Source: Anaerolineae bacterium
GTDB lineage: Bacteria > Chloroflexota > Anaerolineae > S140-20
Direction of reading: 5' to 3'
Length of the DNA: 64,000 nucleotides
NCBI GenBank assembly: GCA_027021705.1
Contig: JALUTT010000005.1
Location: 10,838-74,837, forward strand
Shown: positions 20,532-30,333 of the stretch, piece after piece
Layout: each line of letters begins with the position of its first letter
How positions within the stretch are numbered: the first letter of the stretch is position 1
Notes under the pieces: generated by a model
Told to the model about the DNA's origin: nothing
The model's database searches: none
What the model saw: the letters and a program-made list of their open reading frames with translations, nothing else
Position numbers and translations under genes: made by a program

Positions 20532-21515
20532 ATGGCCACCGAGCGTCAGATCAGCGTATTCGACCGGGCGCTCAAGATCATTGCCCGTCACTATGCCGAC
20601 ACCTTGCTAGACCTGGCCTTTCCCGATCTGCCGGTCCGGCTGGTGGGCACGGAGGAGAACGTGGAACTTGCCCTCCCTGCGCGGAGGGTGGACTTCGCCC
20701 ACCGGGTTGAGCACGAGGGGGAGGAGTACCTGCTGCACATCGAGTTCCAGTTGAAGCACGAGGCCGGCCTGCCCCGGCGGATGCACCTCTACCACGCCCT
20801 GCTGGGTGAGCAGTTCGGCCTGCCGGTCCTCTCGCTGGTGCTCTACCTGCAGCCGCGTCAGGGGCCGCTGCCCCAGGCCTATGAGGTGCGGCTGGGGGGG
20901 CAGGTGGTCAACCGGTTTCGCTATCCGGTGCTGCGGCTGTGGGACCACGTGGAGGAGATACGGCGGGGGCGGTATCGGGAGTTGGCGCCGCTGCTGACGA
21001 TGCTGGTGGGGGAGCCGGACGAGGGGGTGCTGGAGGTGGAGCGGGCGCTGATCTTGGAGGAGCCGGACCCTCGGAAGCGGGGCGATCTGCTGGCGTTGGC
21101 GGTGGCGATTGCGGCCCGCTACTTTGACAAGGGGTTTCTGTGGCGATTCTTTCGCGAGGAGGTGGCGATGATGCGCGAGGCGTCGTTCATCGAAGATTGG
21201 ATCGAGGAAGGGATTCAGGAAGGGTTCCAGAAGGGAGTCCAGCAGGGGCTCCAGCAGGGGCTCCAGCAGGGGCTCCAGCAGGGGCTCCAGCAGGGGCTGC
21301 GGGAGGGGCTGCTGGCCGGCATCGAGCTGGGGCTGGAGCTCAAGTTCGGTGCCGAGGGGTTGAAGCTGATGCCGGAGATCGCCCGCATTGAGGACCCGGC
21401 CATCCTGCGGACGGTGCACGAGGGGCTGAAGGTCGTGACCTCGCCGGAGGAACTGCGCGGCCTCTACGAGCACCTGCTGCCTGCCTCGACCCCAGAAGAG
21501 AGCGGGCACCCGTGA
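20532..21515 (+). CDS. Rpn-like PD-(D/E)XK putative nuclease/transposase
   Basis: RRVDF, LHIEFQ, RMHLY, C-terminal (QQGL)n repeat then LELKFG. Confidence 0.75.
   Translation: MATERQISVFDRALKIIARHYADTLLDLAFPDLPVRLVGTEENVELALPARRVDFAHRVEHEGEEYLLHIEFQLKHEAGLPRRMHLYHALLGEQFGLPVLSLVLYLQPRQGPLPQAYEVRLGGQVVNRFRYPVLRLWDHVEEIRRGRYRELAPLLTMLVGEPDEGVLEVERALILEEPDPRKRGDLLALAVAIAARYFDKGFLWRFFREEVAMMREASFIEDWIEEGIQEGFQKGVQQGLQQGLQQGLQQGLQQGLREGLLAGIELGLELKFGAEGLKLMPEIARIEDPAILRTVHEGLKVVTSPEELRGLYEHLLPASTPEESGHP
21240..21299 (+). repeat. 12-bp tandem repeat (CAGCAGGGGCTC)x5 encoding QQGL
   Basis: Read directly; last unit ends CTG. Confidence 0.9.
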
Positions 21516-21652
21516 CGCTGGCGACCTGCTCCTCTCCTCCCAGGGCCAGGTAGATGGCGAGCCTGTCCGGAGTCGTGGCCACGGCGACCCAATGCGTTGT
21601 GCTCAGGTCTATCCACACAGCATGAGGACCAGATACACGGAAGGAGGTACAG

Positions 21653-21850
21653 ATGGCACAGGTCAAGGATGTCGTTTGCGGGATGATGGTGAACCCGGAG
21701 ACAGCTCCGGCGAAGACGGAGTACAAGGGGGAAACCTACTACTTCTGTGCGCCGGGCTGTAAGGTGGCCTTCGAGAAGGACCCGGAGAAGTACCTGAAGG
21801 GTGAGGGCGGCGGGATGCACGCCGGCCACCACGGCCACCACGGCCACTAA
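21653..21850 (+). CDS. YHS domain protein with His-rich tail
   Basis: KDVVCGMMV, YYFCAPGCKVAFEKDPEKY, tail MHAGHHGHHGH; AAGGAGG RBS. Confidence 0.9.
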   Translation: MAQVKDVVCGMMVNPETAPAKTEYKGETYYFCAPGCKVAFEKDPEKYLKGEGGGMHAGHHGHHGH

Positions 21851-21888
21851 AGGCCGACCTGGGGAATCCGTGTTCAGATCCGAGGGAT

Positions 21889-21924
21889 GGGGTAGGGGGC
21901 AGGTCTATGGCCTGCCCCCTACCC
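21889..21924. repeat. GTAG-type REP-like hairpin, possibly acting as a terminator
   Basis: GGGTAGGGGGCAGG-tctatgg-CCTGCCCCCTACCC inverted repeat. Confidence 0.55.
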
Positions 21925-21947
21925 ATACTTCTAGCCCCGATCCGCCC

Positions 21948-21997
21948 TTGACAAACCGGACAGGCTGTGGTAACATATGAGCCAACGTTCAAATGTT
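21948..21997 (+). promoter_or_regulatory. Promoter of arsR overlapping an SmtB/CzrA-like operator
   Basis: TTGACA-N17-TAACAT; imperfect palindrome AACATATGAGCCAACGTTCAAATGTT (21972-21997). Confidence 0.7.
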
Positions 21998-22023
21998 AGC
22001 CTGGTCACGAAGGGAGCACCGCA

Positions 22024-22392
22024 ATGGAAACCCGGAGGCGGGTTGGCGACCGATGCGAGGAGATCAATGTGGACGAGGGGCGGGTCCGAGGAGCTCAGGA
22101 GAACCTGATTGATGGCCTGACCGCCACCCAACTGGCTCGAACCTTCAAGGCGCTCAGCGACCCCACCCGGGTGCGCATCATCTCCGCCCTCTCCCACAGT
22201 GAGCTCTGCGTCCACGAACTGGCGGCCTGCCTGGGAATGAGCCAGTCCGCTGTCTCCCACCAGTTACGGACCCTGCGGGAGATGCGCCTGGTCCGCTTCC
22301 GCAAGGAAGGCCGCCACGTCTACTACACCCTGGACGATGAGCACATCCACGACCTCTTCCACCGAGGTCTGGAGCACATCGAGCACAGTTGA
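22024..22392 (+). CDS. ArsR/SmtB family metalloregulator
   Basis: FKALSDPTRVRI, ELCVHEL, SQSAVSHQLRTL, alpha5 site LDDEH...LEHIEH. Confidence 0.93.
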   Translation: METRRRVGDRCEEINVDEGRVRGAQENLIDGLTATQLARTFKALSDPTRVRIISALSHSELCVHELAACLGMSQSAVSHQLRTLREMRLVRFRKEGRHVYYTLDDEHIHDLFHRGLEHIEHS

Positions 22393-22433
22393 CGCAAAAG
22401 TATGGGTTGAGCAGGCTTTCTCTTTTTTGAGCC

Positions 22434-22458
22434 AATATTTGAATATTCGTTCATATAT
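22434..22458. promoter_or_regulatory. Second SmtB/CzrA-like operator upstream of the P1B-4 ATPase
   Basis: AATATTTGAATATTCGTTCATATAT, an AT-rich palindrome resembling 21972-21997. Confidence 0.65.
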
Positions 22459-22464
22459 CAGGAG

Positions 22465-24852
22465 ATGCTTATGGATGAGTCTACCCTTCGCCTTGAGATC
22501 CCCCTGCTCCTGCCCGGTGTTGCCGACGAACGGGACCAGTGCGTCGCCCGCCTGCAGGAGCAGCTTGGACAGCGCAAGGAGATCAGCCAGGTCCACGTGA
22601 GACGGGAGGACGGTCGGGCCTGGCTCTGCATCCACTACGACCCTAATCGGGTCTCCCTCGCCCAAGTGAAGCGTTGGGCCCAGCAGGCCGGCGCCCAGGT
22701 GAGCGACCGCTACCGCCATGAGACGGTCCGCATCGTGGGGATGGACTGCCCGGACTGCGCTCTGAGCATCGAGCATGTCCTGGGCCGCCTAGATGGCGTG
22801 CTCAACGTCTCGGTCAACTACGCTGCCGAGAAGATGCGCCTGGAGTACGACAGCCAGCGCATCGCCCGTCAGGAGATCTTCAAGCGGGTGGCCTACTTGG
22901 GCTACGAGATTATCGAGGAGAAGCGGGAGGAAAGTTGGCTGCAGAGGCATCGGGAGCTGGTCCTGGCGATCCTGTCGGGCCTCTTCCTGCTCACGGGGTG
23001 GGCTGGCGAGCGCTTCCTGGGATTGCCGGCGCCTGGGGCCATCGTCCTCTACGGGCTGGCCTACCTGACCGGCGGCTACGACGCCACCCGCCACGGCCTG
23101 AAAGCGGCCCTCAACCTGCGCTTCGACATAGACTTCCTGATGGTGGTGGCGGCCATCGGCGCCGCCGTGCTGGGCGACTGGGCCGAGGGAGCCCTGCTGC
23201 TCTTCCTCTTCAGTTTGGGCCATGCTCTGGAGCACTACGCCACCGACCGCGCCCGGGCGGCCATCCGGGCGCTGGGCGAACTGACGCCCAAGACGGCTCT
23301 GGTGCAGCGGGATGGCCGTGAGGTCGAAATCCCTGTGGAGGAGGTATTGCGGGGCGACTTGGTCATCGTCCGTCCGGGCGACCGCATCCCGGTGGATGGA
23401 CAGGTGGTGCGCGGTCGGTCGGCCGTGGATCAATCGCCCATCACCGGAGAGAGCGTGCCCGTGGAGAAGCAAGCGGGCGATGAAGTCTTCGCCGGCACCG
23501 TCAACGGCGAAGGCACCCTGGAGATCCAGGTCACCCGCCTGGCCCAGGAGACCACTCTCGCCCGCGTCATCCAGTTGGTGGAAGAGGCCCAGACCCAGAA
23601 ATCCCCCTCCCAGCGGTTCACCGAACGGTTCGAGCGTATCTTCGTGCCCGCCGTGCTGATCGGCGTGGTCCTCGTCCTCACGCTCCCCCCCCTGACGGGC
23701 TGGCTGTCCTTCAAGGACGCCTTCCTGCGGGGGATGACCATCCTGGTCGCTGCCAGCCCCTGTGCCCTCGCCATCGCCACCCCTTCCGCCGTCCTTTCGG
23801 GCATCGCCCAGGCGGCCCGCAACGGCGTGCTGATCAAGGGGGGAGTGCACCTGGAGAACCTGGGCGCGGTGCGAGCCATCGCCTTCGACAAGACCGGGAC
23901 CATCACCCAAGGCCGGCCGGAGGTCACCGACGTTGTGGCCAACCACCTGCCGGAGGAGGTGGTGCTGAAGGTGGCAGCCGCCGTGGAGATCCGCTCCAAC
24001 CACCCCCTGGCCCAGGCCGTGGTCCGGGAGGCTCAGCGACAGGGATTGGAGCTGCCTCCCGCCGACAGCCTGGAGATCGTCACCGGACGGGGTGTCCGCT
24101 CATCGCTGGACGGTCGTCCGGTCCTCATCGGCAACCTGAAGCTGTTCGAGGCGGAGGGGCTCGCCGTCCCTGACAGCATCCGCACCCAGGTCGAGCGGCT
24201 GGAGGCGGAGGGGAAGACGACGATGGTCATCTACGGACCGGAACCGGCGGCAGACGGAGGGTGGGAGCGTTCTGATTTCCTGGGCCTCATCGCCTTGGCC
24301 GACGTCCCGCGGCCGGAGGCCCGGGAGACCCTGGCCCGCCTGAAGGCGCTGGGCATCCGGGAGATGGTGATGCTCACCGGAGACAACGAGCGGGTGGCGG
24401 CAGCCATCGCCCAGACGGTGGGGTTGACCGAGGTTAGGGCCAACCTGCTGCCGGAGCAGAAAGTGGACGCCATCAAAGCCCTGCTGGCCCAGCACGGTCG
24501 TGTGGCGATGGTGGGCGACGGTGTGAACGACGCACCCGCGCTGGCCCAGGCCACCGTGGGGGTGGCGATGGGGGGAGCAGGCACCGATGTGGCCCTGGAG
24601 ACGGCCGATGTCGCCCTGATGGCCGACGACCTGACAAAGCTCCCCTTCGCCGTGGGGCTCAGCCGTCAGGCCCGGTGGGTCATCCGCCAGAACCTGATCG
24701 CCTCGCTGGGGGTGGTCGCCCTGCTGATCCCGGCGGCCCTCTTCGGCTTGGTGGGCATTGGTCTGGCCATCCTCGCCCATGAGGGCAGTACGCTGGTGGT
24801 CGTGGCCAACGCGCTGCGGTTGCTGGGCTATCGAGACCGAGCAAGGAAGTAA
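22465..24852 (+). CDS. Heavy-metal P-type ATPase with P1B-4 signature and N-terminal HMA domain
   Basis: SPC motif (AASPCALAIATP), HEGST in the last TM, DKTGT, GMDCPDC. Confidence 0.88.
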   Translation: MLMDESTLRLEIPLLLPGVADERDQCVARLQEQLGQRKEISQVHVRREDGRAWLCIHYDPNRVSLAQVKRWAQQAGAQVSDRYRHETVRIVGMDCPDCALSIEHVLGRLDGVLNVSVNYAAEKMRLEYDSQRIARQEIFKRVAYLGYEIIEEKREESWLQRHRELVLAILSGLFLLTGWAGERFLGLPAPGAIVLYGLAYLTGGYDATRHGLKAALNLRFDIDFLMVVAAIGAAVLGDWAEGALLLFLFSLGHALEHYATDRARAAIRALGELTPKTALVQRDGREVEIPVEEVLRGDLVIVRPGDRIPVDGQVVRGRSAVDQSPITGESVPVEKQAGDEVFAGTVNGEGTLEIQVTRLAQETTLARVIQLVEEAQTQKSPSQRFTERFERIFVPAVLIGVVLVLTLPPLTGWLSFKDAFLRGMTILVAASPCALAIATPSAVLSGIAQAARNGVLIKGGVHLENLGAVRAIAFDKTGTITQGRPEVTDVVANHLPEEVVLKVAAAVEIRSNHPLAQAVVREAQRQGLELPPADSLEIVTGRGVRSSLDGRPVLIGNLKLFEAEGLAVPDSIRTQVERLEAEGKTTMVIYGPEPAADGGWERSDFLGLIALADVPRPEARETLARLKALGIREMVMLTGDNERVAAAIAQTVGLTEVRANLLPEQKVDAIKALLAQHGRVAMVGDGVNDAPALAQATVGVAMGGAGTDVALETADVALMADDLTKLPFAVGLSRQARWVIRQNLIASLGVVALLIPAALFGLVGIGLAILAHEGSTLVVVANALRLLGYRDRARK

Positions 24853-24856
24853 GCCT

Positions 24857-25156
24857 ATGAACCTGAACGCCTGGAGAGAACGGCTGACCCACCTGCGGGT
24901 GTGGGTCACGGAATTCATGTTCGGGGCCGCGATGTCGTGGGTGATGATGCCCCATATGCTGAAGCGGCGAGAGGAGCTGGAGCGCATCTTTATGCTGATG
25001 ACCCTGGGAGAACTCACCGGGGTCTCCATCTCGCCTCCTTCCGGCGGTCTGCGGCTGCTCCCCTTCCTGGTCCCTCAGATCCTCTACTGGCGACGCCGAC
25101 TGGCCCTGTGGGACGATGAGATGGAAGAGGTGGACTTAAAGCATATCGGCCACTGA
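24857..25156 (+). CDS. Small hypothetical protein
   Basis: 99-aa ORF 4 nt after the ATPase stop; FMLMTLGELTGVSISPP..LRLLP. Confidence 0.55.
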   Translation: MNLNAWRERLTHLRVWVTEFMFGAAMSWVMMPHMLKRREELERIFMLMTLGELTGVSISPPSGGLRLLPFLVPQILYWRRRLALWDDEMEEVDLKHIGH

Positions 25157-25219
25157 GGGTGGGGAACGCGCCACAAGGGCTGAGGCCAGGGGGGAGGAAC
25201 GAACGAGGAGCAGAGAACG

Positions 25220-27436
25220 ATGATCTTCAAGAACCTGTGGCGGCGGAAGATGCGCACCATCCTGACCCTGACCGGCATCGCTATAGGCGTCGCGGCCATT
25301 GTGGCGCTGGGGGCCATCGCCAACGGACTGGCGGAGCGGTTCGACGAGATGATCACCGCCGGCGGGGCGGAATTGACGGCGATGCAGGCAGGGGCGTCAG
25401 AAGCCTTCTTCAGCGCCGTGGACGCCGAGTTGGCCGACGCCATCGCCGCCGTGCCCGGCGTAGCCCGGGTGGAAGGCGTCCTGTTGGGAATCGTCACCAC
25501 CCCCAGCACCCCCTACTTCCTGCTCTACGGCTACGACCCGACCGGTCAGGAGGTGGATCGCTTTCGGGTGGTCGAAGGGAGCGGGCTGAGTGCGCCCGGT
25601 GAGGTCCTGCTGGGTCGGGTGGCCGCCGACGACCTGGGGGTCGGACCCGGCGACAGCATTGCCCTAGGTGGCAAAACCTTCCACGTGGCCGGCCTCTACG
25701 AGACGGGGCGGATCTGGGAGGACGGTGGCGGCGTCCTGACGCTGGCCGAGGCTCAGGCGCTCCTCAGGAAGCCCGACCAGGTCAGCATCTTCCAGGTTTG
25801 GCTGGAGCCGGAGGCCGACATCGAGACCGTCCGGCAGCAGATCGAAGCCCAGGTCCCGGACGTCAGCGTCCTCCGGTCCAGCGAAGTGGCCGAGAAGACC
25901 GAGGACATCCAGGTGATCGGAGCGCTGGCCTGGGCCATCGCCTTCATCGCCGTCGTGGTGGGGGGCCTGGGGATGATGAACGCCATGCTGATGAGCGTCC
26001 TCGAGCGGACGCGGGAGATCGGTGCCCTGCGTGCCCTGGGCTGGCCCCGGTGGCGCGTCCTGGCGACGATCCTGGGCGAGGCCCTGACCCTGAGCCTGCT
26101 GAGCGGTGTGGTCGGCCTCCTGCTGGCCTGGGGGCTGCTGGCCTACCTGGGGAGCGTCCCCTCGGGCAAGCTGCTGCGTGGCGAGATCACGCCGGCCCTC
26201 CTCCTCCGGTCCCTGGGGGTGACGCTGGTCCTGGCAGGGGTGGGTGGCCTCTACCCCGCCTGGCGGGCAGCCAGCCTGACGCCGGCCGAAGCGCTGCGGG
26301 CCGAAGGGGGAAGCCTCCGTCCGGTCCCCCGCTGGATCCCCATCGCCGCCCTGCGCGATGCCCTCCGCAGCCGGACCCGGGGCCTGCTGACCCTGGGCGG
26401 GATCACGCTGGGGGTGGCCGTCGTCGTCGCCCTGGTCGGCCTCAGCGAGGGCTTCGTCAACCAGTACACCCGGTTGAGCACGGCCGACGATACCGACCTG
26501 GTGCTGCGCCAGGCGGCGGCGGCCGACCTCTCCCTCAGTGCTTTGGACGAAGAGGTAGGGGCCTGGCTGGCTGACCACCCTCAGGTGGCCGACGTGGCCG
26601 GGCAGATCATCGGCTTCACCAACACGCCCGCATCCCCCTACTTTCTCTTCTTCGGCGTCGAGCCTGACGCCTACATCACCGGGCGCTATCGGATCGTCGA
26701 AGGCCGGATGCTGCGCGGCGGCCGGGAGATCATCCTGGGCCGACAGGCATCCCGGGTGACGGGACTGGGGGTGGGCGACACCCTCTCCCTCTTCGGCGAA
26801 CCCTTCCCCATCGTTGGCATCTTCGAGACGGGGGTGCCCCTGCAGGATGGCGCAGCGGTGATGCCCCTCACCGAAGCCCAACGGATGATGCGCCGACCCG
26901 ACCAGGTCAGCCTCTACTTCGTCCGGCTGCGAGACCGGGACCAGGCCGACCAGGTCATCACCGACATCCAAGCCCGCTTCCCCCAGGTGCTCGCCTCCCG
27001 GGCCGCCGACTTCTTCGAGAACACCCAGGACATCGAGGTCCTGCGGGGCCTGGTCTGGGGGCTGGGGATCATCGCCCTGCTGGTGGGGGGCGTGGTGATG
27101 TTGAACACGATGGTGATGAGCGTCTATGAGCGCACGCGCGAGATCGGCACGCTGCGGGCCTTGGGCTGGAGCCGCTGGGCAGTGCTGCGCAAGATCGCCG
27201 GCGAAGCCCTGGCCCTCAGCATCGGCGGTGGGCTGGTGGGGCTGCCCCTGGGGCTGGGATTGGTCGAACTGGCGCGGCTGGCCCCGGCCGGCCGGCTGCT
27301 CATCGGAGGGGCCTTCACGCCGGCCCTGCTGGCTCAGACGCTGGCGCTGGCCATCGGGCTGGGGCTGGTCGGCGGGCTCTACCCTGCCTGGCGGGCAGCC
27401 AGCCTGACGCCGGCCGAAGCGCTGCGATACGAATAG
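25220..27436 (+). CDS. ABC transporter permease, duplicated MacB-PCD/FtsX halves
   Basis: Two ERTREIGxLRALGW and two YPAWRAASLTPAEALR motifs. Confidence 0.9.
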   Translation: MIFKNLWRRKMRTILTLTGIAIGVAAIVALGAIANGLAERFDEMITAGGAELTAMQAGASEAFFSAVDAELADAIAAVPGVARVEGVLLGIVTTPSTPYFLLYGYDPTGQEVDRFRVVEGSGLSAPGEVLLGRVAADDLGVGPGDSIALGGKTFHVAGLYETGRIWEDGGGVLTLAEAQALLRKPDQVSIFQVWLEPEADIETVRQQIEAQVPDVSVLRSSEVAEKTEDIQVIGALAWAIAFIAVVVGGLGMMNAMLMSVLERTREIGALRALGWPRWRVLATILGEALTLSLLSGVVGLLLAWGLLAYLGSVPSGKLLRGEITPALLLRSLGVTLVLAGVGGLYPAWRAASLTPAEALRAEGGSLRPVPRWIPIAALRDALRSRTRGLLTLGGITLGVAVVVALVGLSEGFVNQYTRLSTADDTDLVLRQAAAADLSLSALDEEVGAWLADHPQVADVAGQIIGFTNTPASPYFLFFGVEPDAYITGRYRIVEGRMLRGGREIILGRQASRVTGLGVGDTLSLFGEPFPIVGIFETGVPLQDGAAVMPLTEAQRMMRRPDQVSLYFVRLRDRDQADQVITDIQARFPQVLASRAADFFENTQDIEVLRGLVWGLGIIALLVGGVVMLNTMVMSVYERTREIGTLRALGWSRWAVLRKIAGEALALSIGGGLVGLPLGLGLVELARLAPAGRLLIGGAFTPALLAQTLALAIGLGLVGGLYPAWRAASLTPAEALRYE

Positions 27437-27446
27437 GAGGCAAACG

Positions 27447-28259
27447 ATGCACGATCCCAACGCGGTGGTGGAGGCCCACGACCTGACCAAGGTGTACGGC
27501 AACGGCACCGGCGTGCGTGCCCTGGACCGCGTGAACCTCACGGTGATGCGAGGCGACCTGGTGGCGATTATGGGACCGTCGGGCAGCGGCAAGTCCACCC
27601 TGCTGAACCTGATCGGAGCCCTCGACCGGCCTACGTCGGGCACGGTCTGCGTCAACGGTCGGGACCTGGCGACGGTGCGCAACCTGGACCGGTTCCGAGC
27701 CCAGGAGGTAGGCTTCGTTTTCCAGCTCCACAACCTGATCCCCACGCTGACGGCCGCCGAGAATGTGGCCATCCCGATGCGGGGGCAAGGGCTGGGACGC
27801 CGGGAGCAGGCGGAGCGGGCGCGGGAACTGCTGGCCCTGGTCGGGCTGGCGGAGCGGGCCGACGCCTTCCCGGCCCAGCTCTCCGGCGGCGAGCGACAGC
27901 GGGTGGCCATCGCCCGGGCTTTGGCCAACCGACCCTCCCTCATCCTAGCCGACGAACCGACGGGCAACCTGGACAGCGAGAGCGGTCGGGGGATCGTCGA
28001 GCTCTTCCAGCGTCTGAACGCCGAGGAAGGCGTGACCGTGATCATCGTCACCCACGACCCGATGGTCGCCCTCTCCTGCCGGCGCATCGTCACCCTGCGC
28101 GATGGTCGGGTGGACCTGGACGAGGTGGTGGACCAGACCTACCGGACCGAGATCGAGCACATCCGCGAGACCCCTCTAGGCCGGCTGTTGCTGGGTCGGG
28201 CCGCGCCCGCCCGCGCGTCCGGTCGCGTCGGCCAACGAGCTGTGCCCGTTGCCAGGTAA
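27447..28259 (+). CDS. ABC transporter ATP-binding protein (LolD/MacB type)
   Basis: GPSGSGKST, LSGGERQR, LADEPTGNLD, VTHD. Confidence 0.93.
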   Translation: MHDPNAVVEAHDLTKVYGNGTGVRALDRVNLTVMRGDLVAIMGPSGSGKSTLLNLIGALDRPTSGTVCVNGRDLATVRNLDRFRAQEVGFVFQLHNLIPTLTAAENVAIPMRGQGLGRREQAERARELLALVGLAERADAFPAQLSGGERQRVAIARALANRPSLILADEPTGNLDSESGRGIVELFQRLNAEEGVTVIIVTHDPMVALSCRRIVTLRDGRVDLDEVVDQTYRTEIEHIRETPLGRLLLGRAAPARASGRVGQRAVPVAR

Positions 28260-28275
28260 AGGGAAGGCGTGGAGA

Positions 28276-30333
28276 ATGCGGATTCCACTCATCAGGCGTG
28301 AGCAGAACAGGAGAACAGAGGGGGCAAGCTGTCATAGTGGCCCTCAGGCTGACACCACCGGCCTGCCGCTGGTAGCCATCGTCGGCTGTCCCAACGTGGG
28401 CAAGAGCGTGCTGTTCAACGTTCTGACCGGCGCTTACGTCACCGTCTCCAACTATCCCGGCACCACCGTAGAAGTCTCGCGGGGCAAGGGCCGCCTCGAT
28501 GGCGTGGAGGTTGGCGTGGTGGACACGCCGGGTATGTATCGGCTGTTGCCCATCACCGAGGAAGAACGTGTGGCCCGCCGTATTCTGCTGGAGGAGCAGC
28601 CTGCCGTCGTCGTCCACGTGGTGGACACCAAGAACCTGGAGCGCATGCTGCCCATGACTTTACAGCTCATCGAGGCCGGTCTGCCCGTCATCCTGGACCT
28701 GAACCTGATGGACGAGGCCGAACGGCTGGGGGTGCAAGTGGACGCGGCTGCCTTGGAACGTGCCCTGGGAGTTCCCGTCGTGGCGACGGCGCTGGCCCTG
28801 GGTCGGGGGATAGCACCGCTCAAGGAGCGGATTGCCGCCTATGTCAGCGGCCCCTCCACCTCCAATCCATCCTCCACGCTCCAGACGGCGGTGCAGTACC
28901 ATCCCCTCATCGAAGAAGCCTTGGGGGAGATAGAGGAGCGGTTGCAAGGAACCTATCATCTGACGCGCCGGGCCGTGGCTTTGCTACTGCTACAGAACGA
29001 TGAGGAAGTCGTGTCGCTGGTGCAAAAGCAGGAAGGCCGGCACGCCGATGACATCTTGCACATCGCCGAGGCCGTGCGGGCACGCTTTAGCCGTCCCCTA
29101 TCCTACGTGATCGCTCGCAAGCATCAAGAAGTCGCCCGGAGCATCCTGGAACAGGTGATGATCCTGCCGGATCGTGCCCGCCAGGGTGAGCAGCGCCCCT
29201 CCAGCCTTGCCGAACGGCTGAGCGAGGCGATGATGAACCCGTTGACCGGCATCCCCATCTTGGTGCTTGCCCTCTTCCTGCTGTACGAGTTCGTCGGCGT
29301 GCTCGGGGCGCAGACGCTGGTGGACTTCCTGGAGGAGACGGTTTTCGGCACCTACATCAACCCGTGGGTGGACCAGATGCTGGCGGCGTTCATCCCCTGG
29401 CCGGCGGTGCGCGATCTCTTCGGCGGTCAGTACGGGATCATCACCCTAGGGGTTCGCTATGCCGTGGCCATCATCCTGCCCATCGTGGGGACCTTCTTCA
29501 TCGCCTTCTCCATCATCGAAGATAGCGGCTACCTGCCCCGCCTGGCTATGTTGATTGACCGGGTCTTCAAGCGGATCGGACTCAACGGGCGGGCGGTCAT
29601 CCCTATGGTGTTGGGCTTCGGTTGCGACACTATGGCCACCATCGTCACCCGCACGCTGGAGACGCGGCGCGAGCGGGTGCTCAGCACCCTGCTCCTGGCC
29701 CTGGCCATCCCCTGCTCGGCTCAGTTGGGGGTGATGCTGGGCCTGCTGGCCGGTCGGCCGGACTTGCTGGCGCTGTGGGCGAGCATCGTCGCCGGCGTGT
29801 TCCTGCTGGTAGGGTTCCTGGCCGCCCAGGTTATGCCGGGAGAGGGGCCTACGTTCTACATGGAACTGCCCCCGCTCCGTCGGCCTATGTTGGGCAACGT
29901 CCTGATCAAGACTTACACCAGGATGGAGTGGTACTTCCGCGAGGTCTTCCCTCTCTTCATCCTGGCCAGCGTGCTCATCTGGCTGGGCCGGTTGACCGGC
30001 CTCTTCGATCTGGCGGTGAGCGCGTTGGTGCCCCTGGTGCGATGGATCGGCCTGCCGGACAAGACGGCCGTCGCCTTCCTCTTTGGCTTCTTCCGGCGCG
30101 ACTACGGTGCGGCCGGCCTGTACGACCTGCGCGGGGTGATGAACGGCATGCAACTGCTGGTCGCCACGACGACCATGACCCTCTTCGTGCCCTGCATCGC
30201 CCAGTTCTCAGTGACCCTCAAAGAGCGAGGATGGAAGACAGCCCTGGCCATTGATGCCTTCATCTTCCCCTTTGCCTTCCTGGTGGGCGGCCTGCTCTAC
30301 CGGCTATTGATCGCGTTGGGCGTGACGCTATGA
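28276..30333 (+). CDS. feoB: Ferrous iron transporter B
   Basis: GCPNVGKS, NYPGTTVE, DTPG, NLMD, EDSGYLPR, GFGC, IPCSAQ, MELPP, FVPCIA. Confidence 0.93.
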   Translation: MRIPLIRREQNRRTEGASCHSGPQADTTGLPLVAIVGCPNVGKSVLFNVLTGAYVTVSNYPGTTVEVSRGKGRLDGVEVGVVDTPGMYRLLPITEEERVARRILLEEQPAVVVHVVDTKNLERMLPMTLQLIEAGLPVILDLNLMDEAERLGVQVDAAALERALGVPVVATALALGRGIAPLKERIAAYVSGPSTSNPSSTLQTAVQYHPLIEEALGEIEERLQGTYHLTRRAVALLLLQNDEEVVSLVQKQEGRHADDILHIAEAVRARFSRPLSYVIARKHQEVARSILEQVMILPDRARQGEQRPSSLAERLSEAMMNPLTGIPILVLALFLLYEFVGVLGAQTLVDFLEETVFGTYINPWVDQMLAAFIPWPAVRDLFGGQYGIITLGVRYAVAIILPIVGTFFIAFSIIEDSGYLPRLAMLIDRVFKRIGLNGRAVIPMVLGFGCDTMATIVTRTLETRRERVLSTLLLALAIPCSAQLGVMLGLLAGRPDLLALWASIVAGVFLLVGFLAAQVMPGEGPTFYMELPPLRRPMLGNVLIKTYTRMEWYFREVFPLFILASVLIWLGRLTGLFDLAVSALVPLVRWIGLPDKTAVAFLFGFFRRDYGAAGLYDLRGVMNGMQLLVATTTMTLFVPCIAQFSVTLKERGWKTALAIDAFIFPFAFLVGGLLYRLLIALGVTL

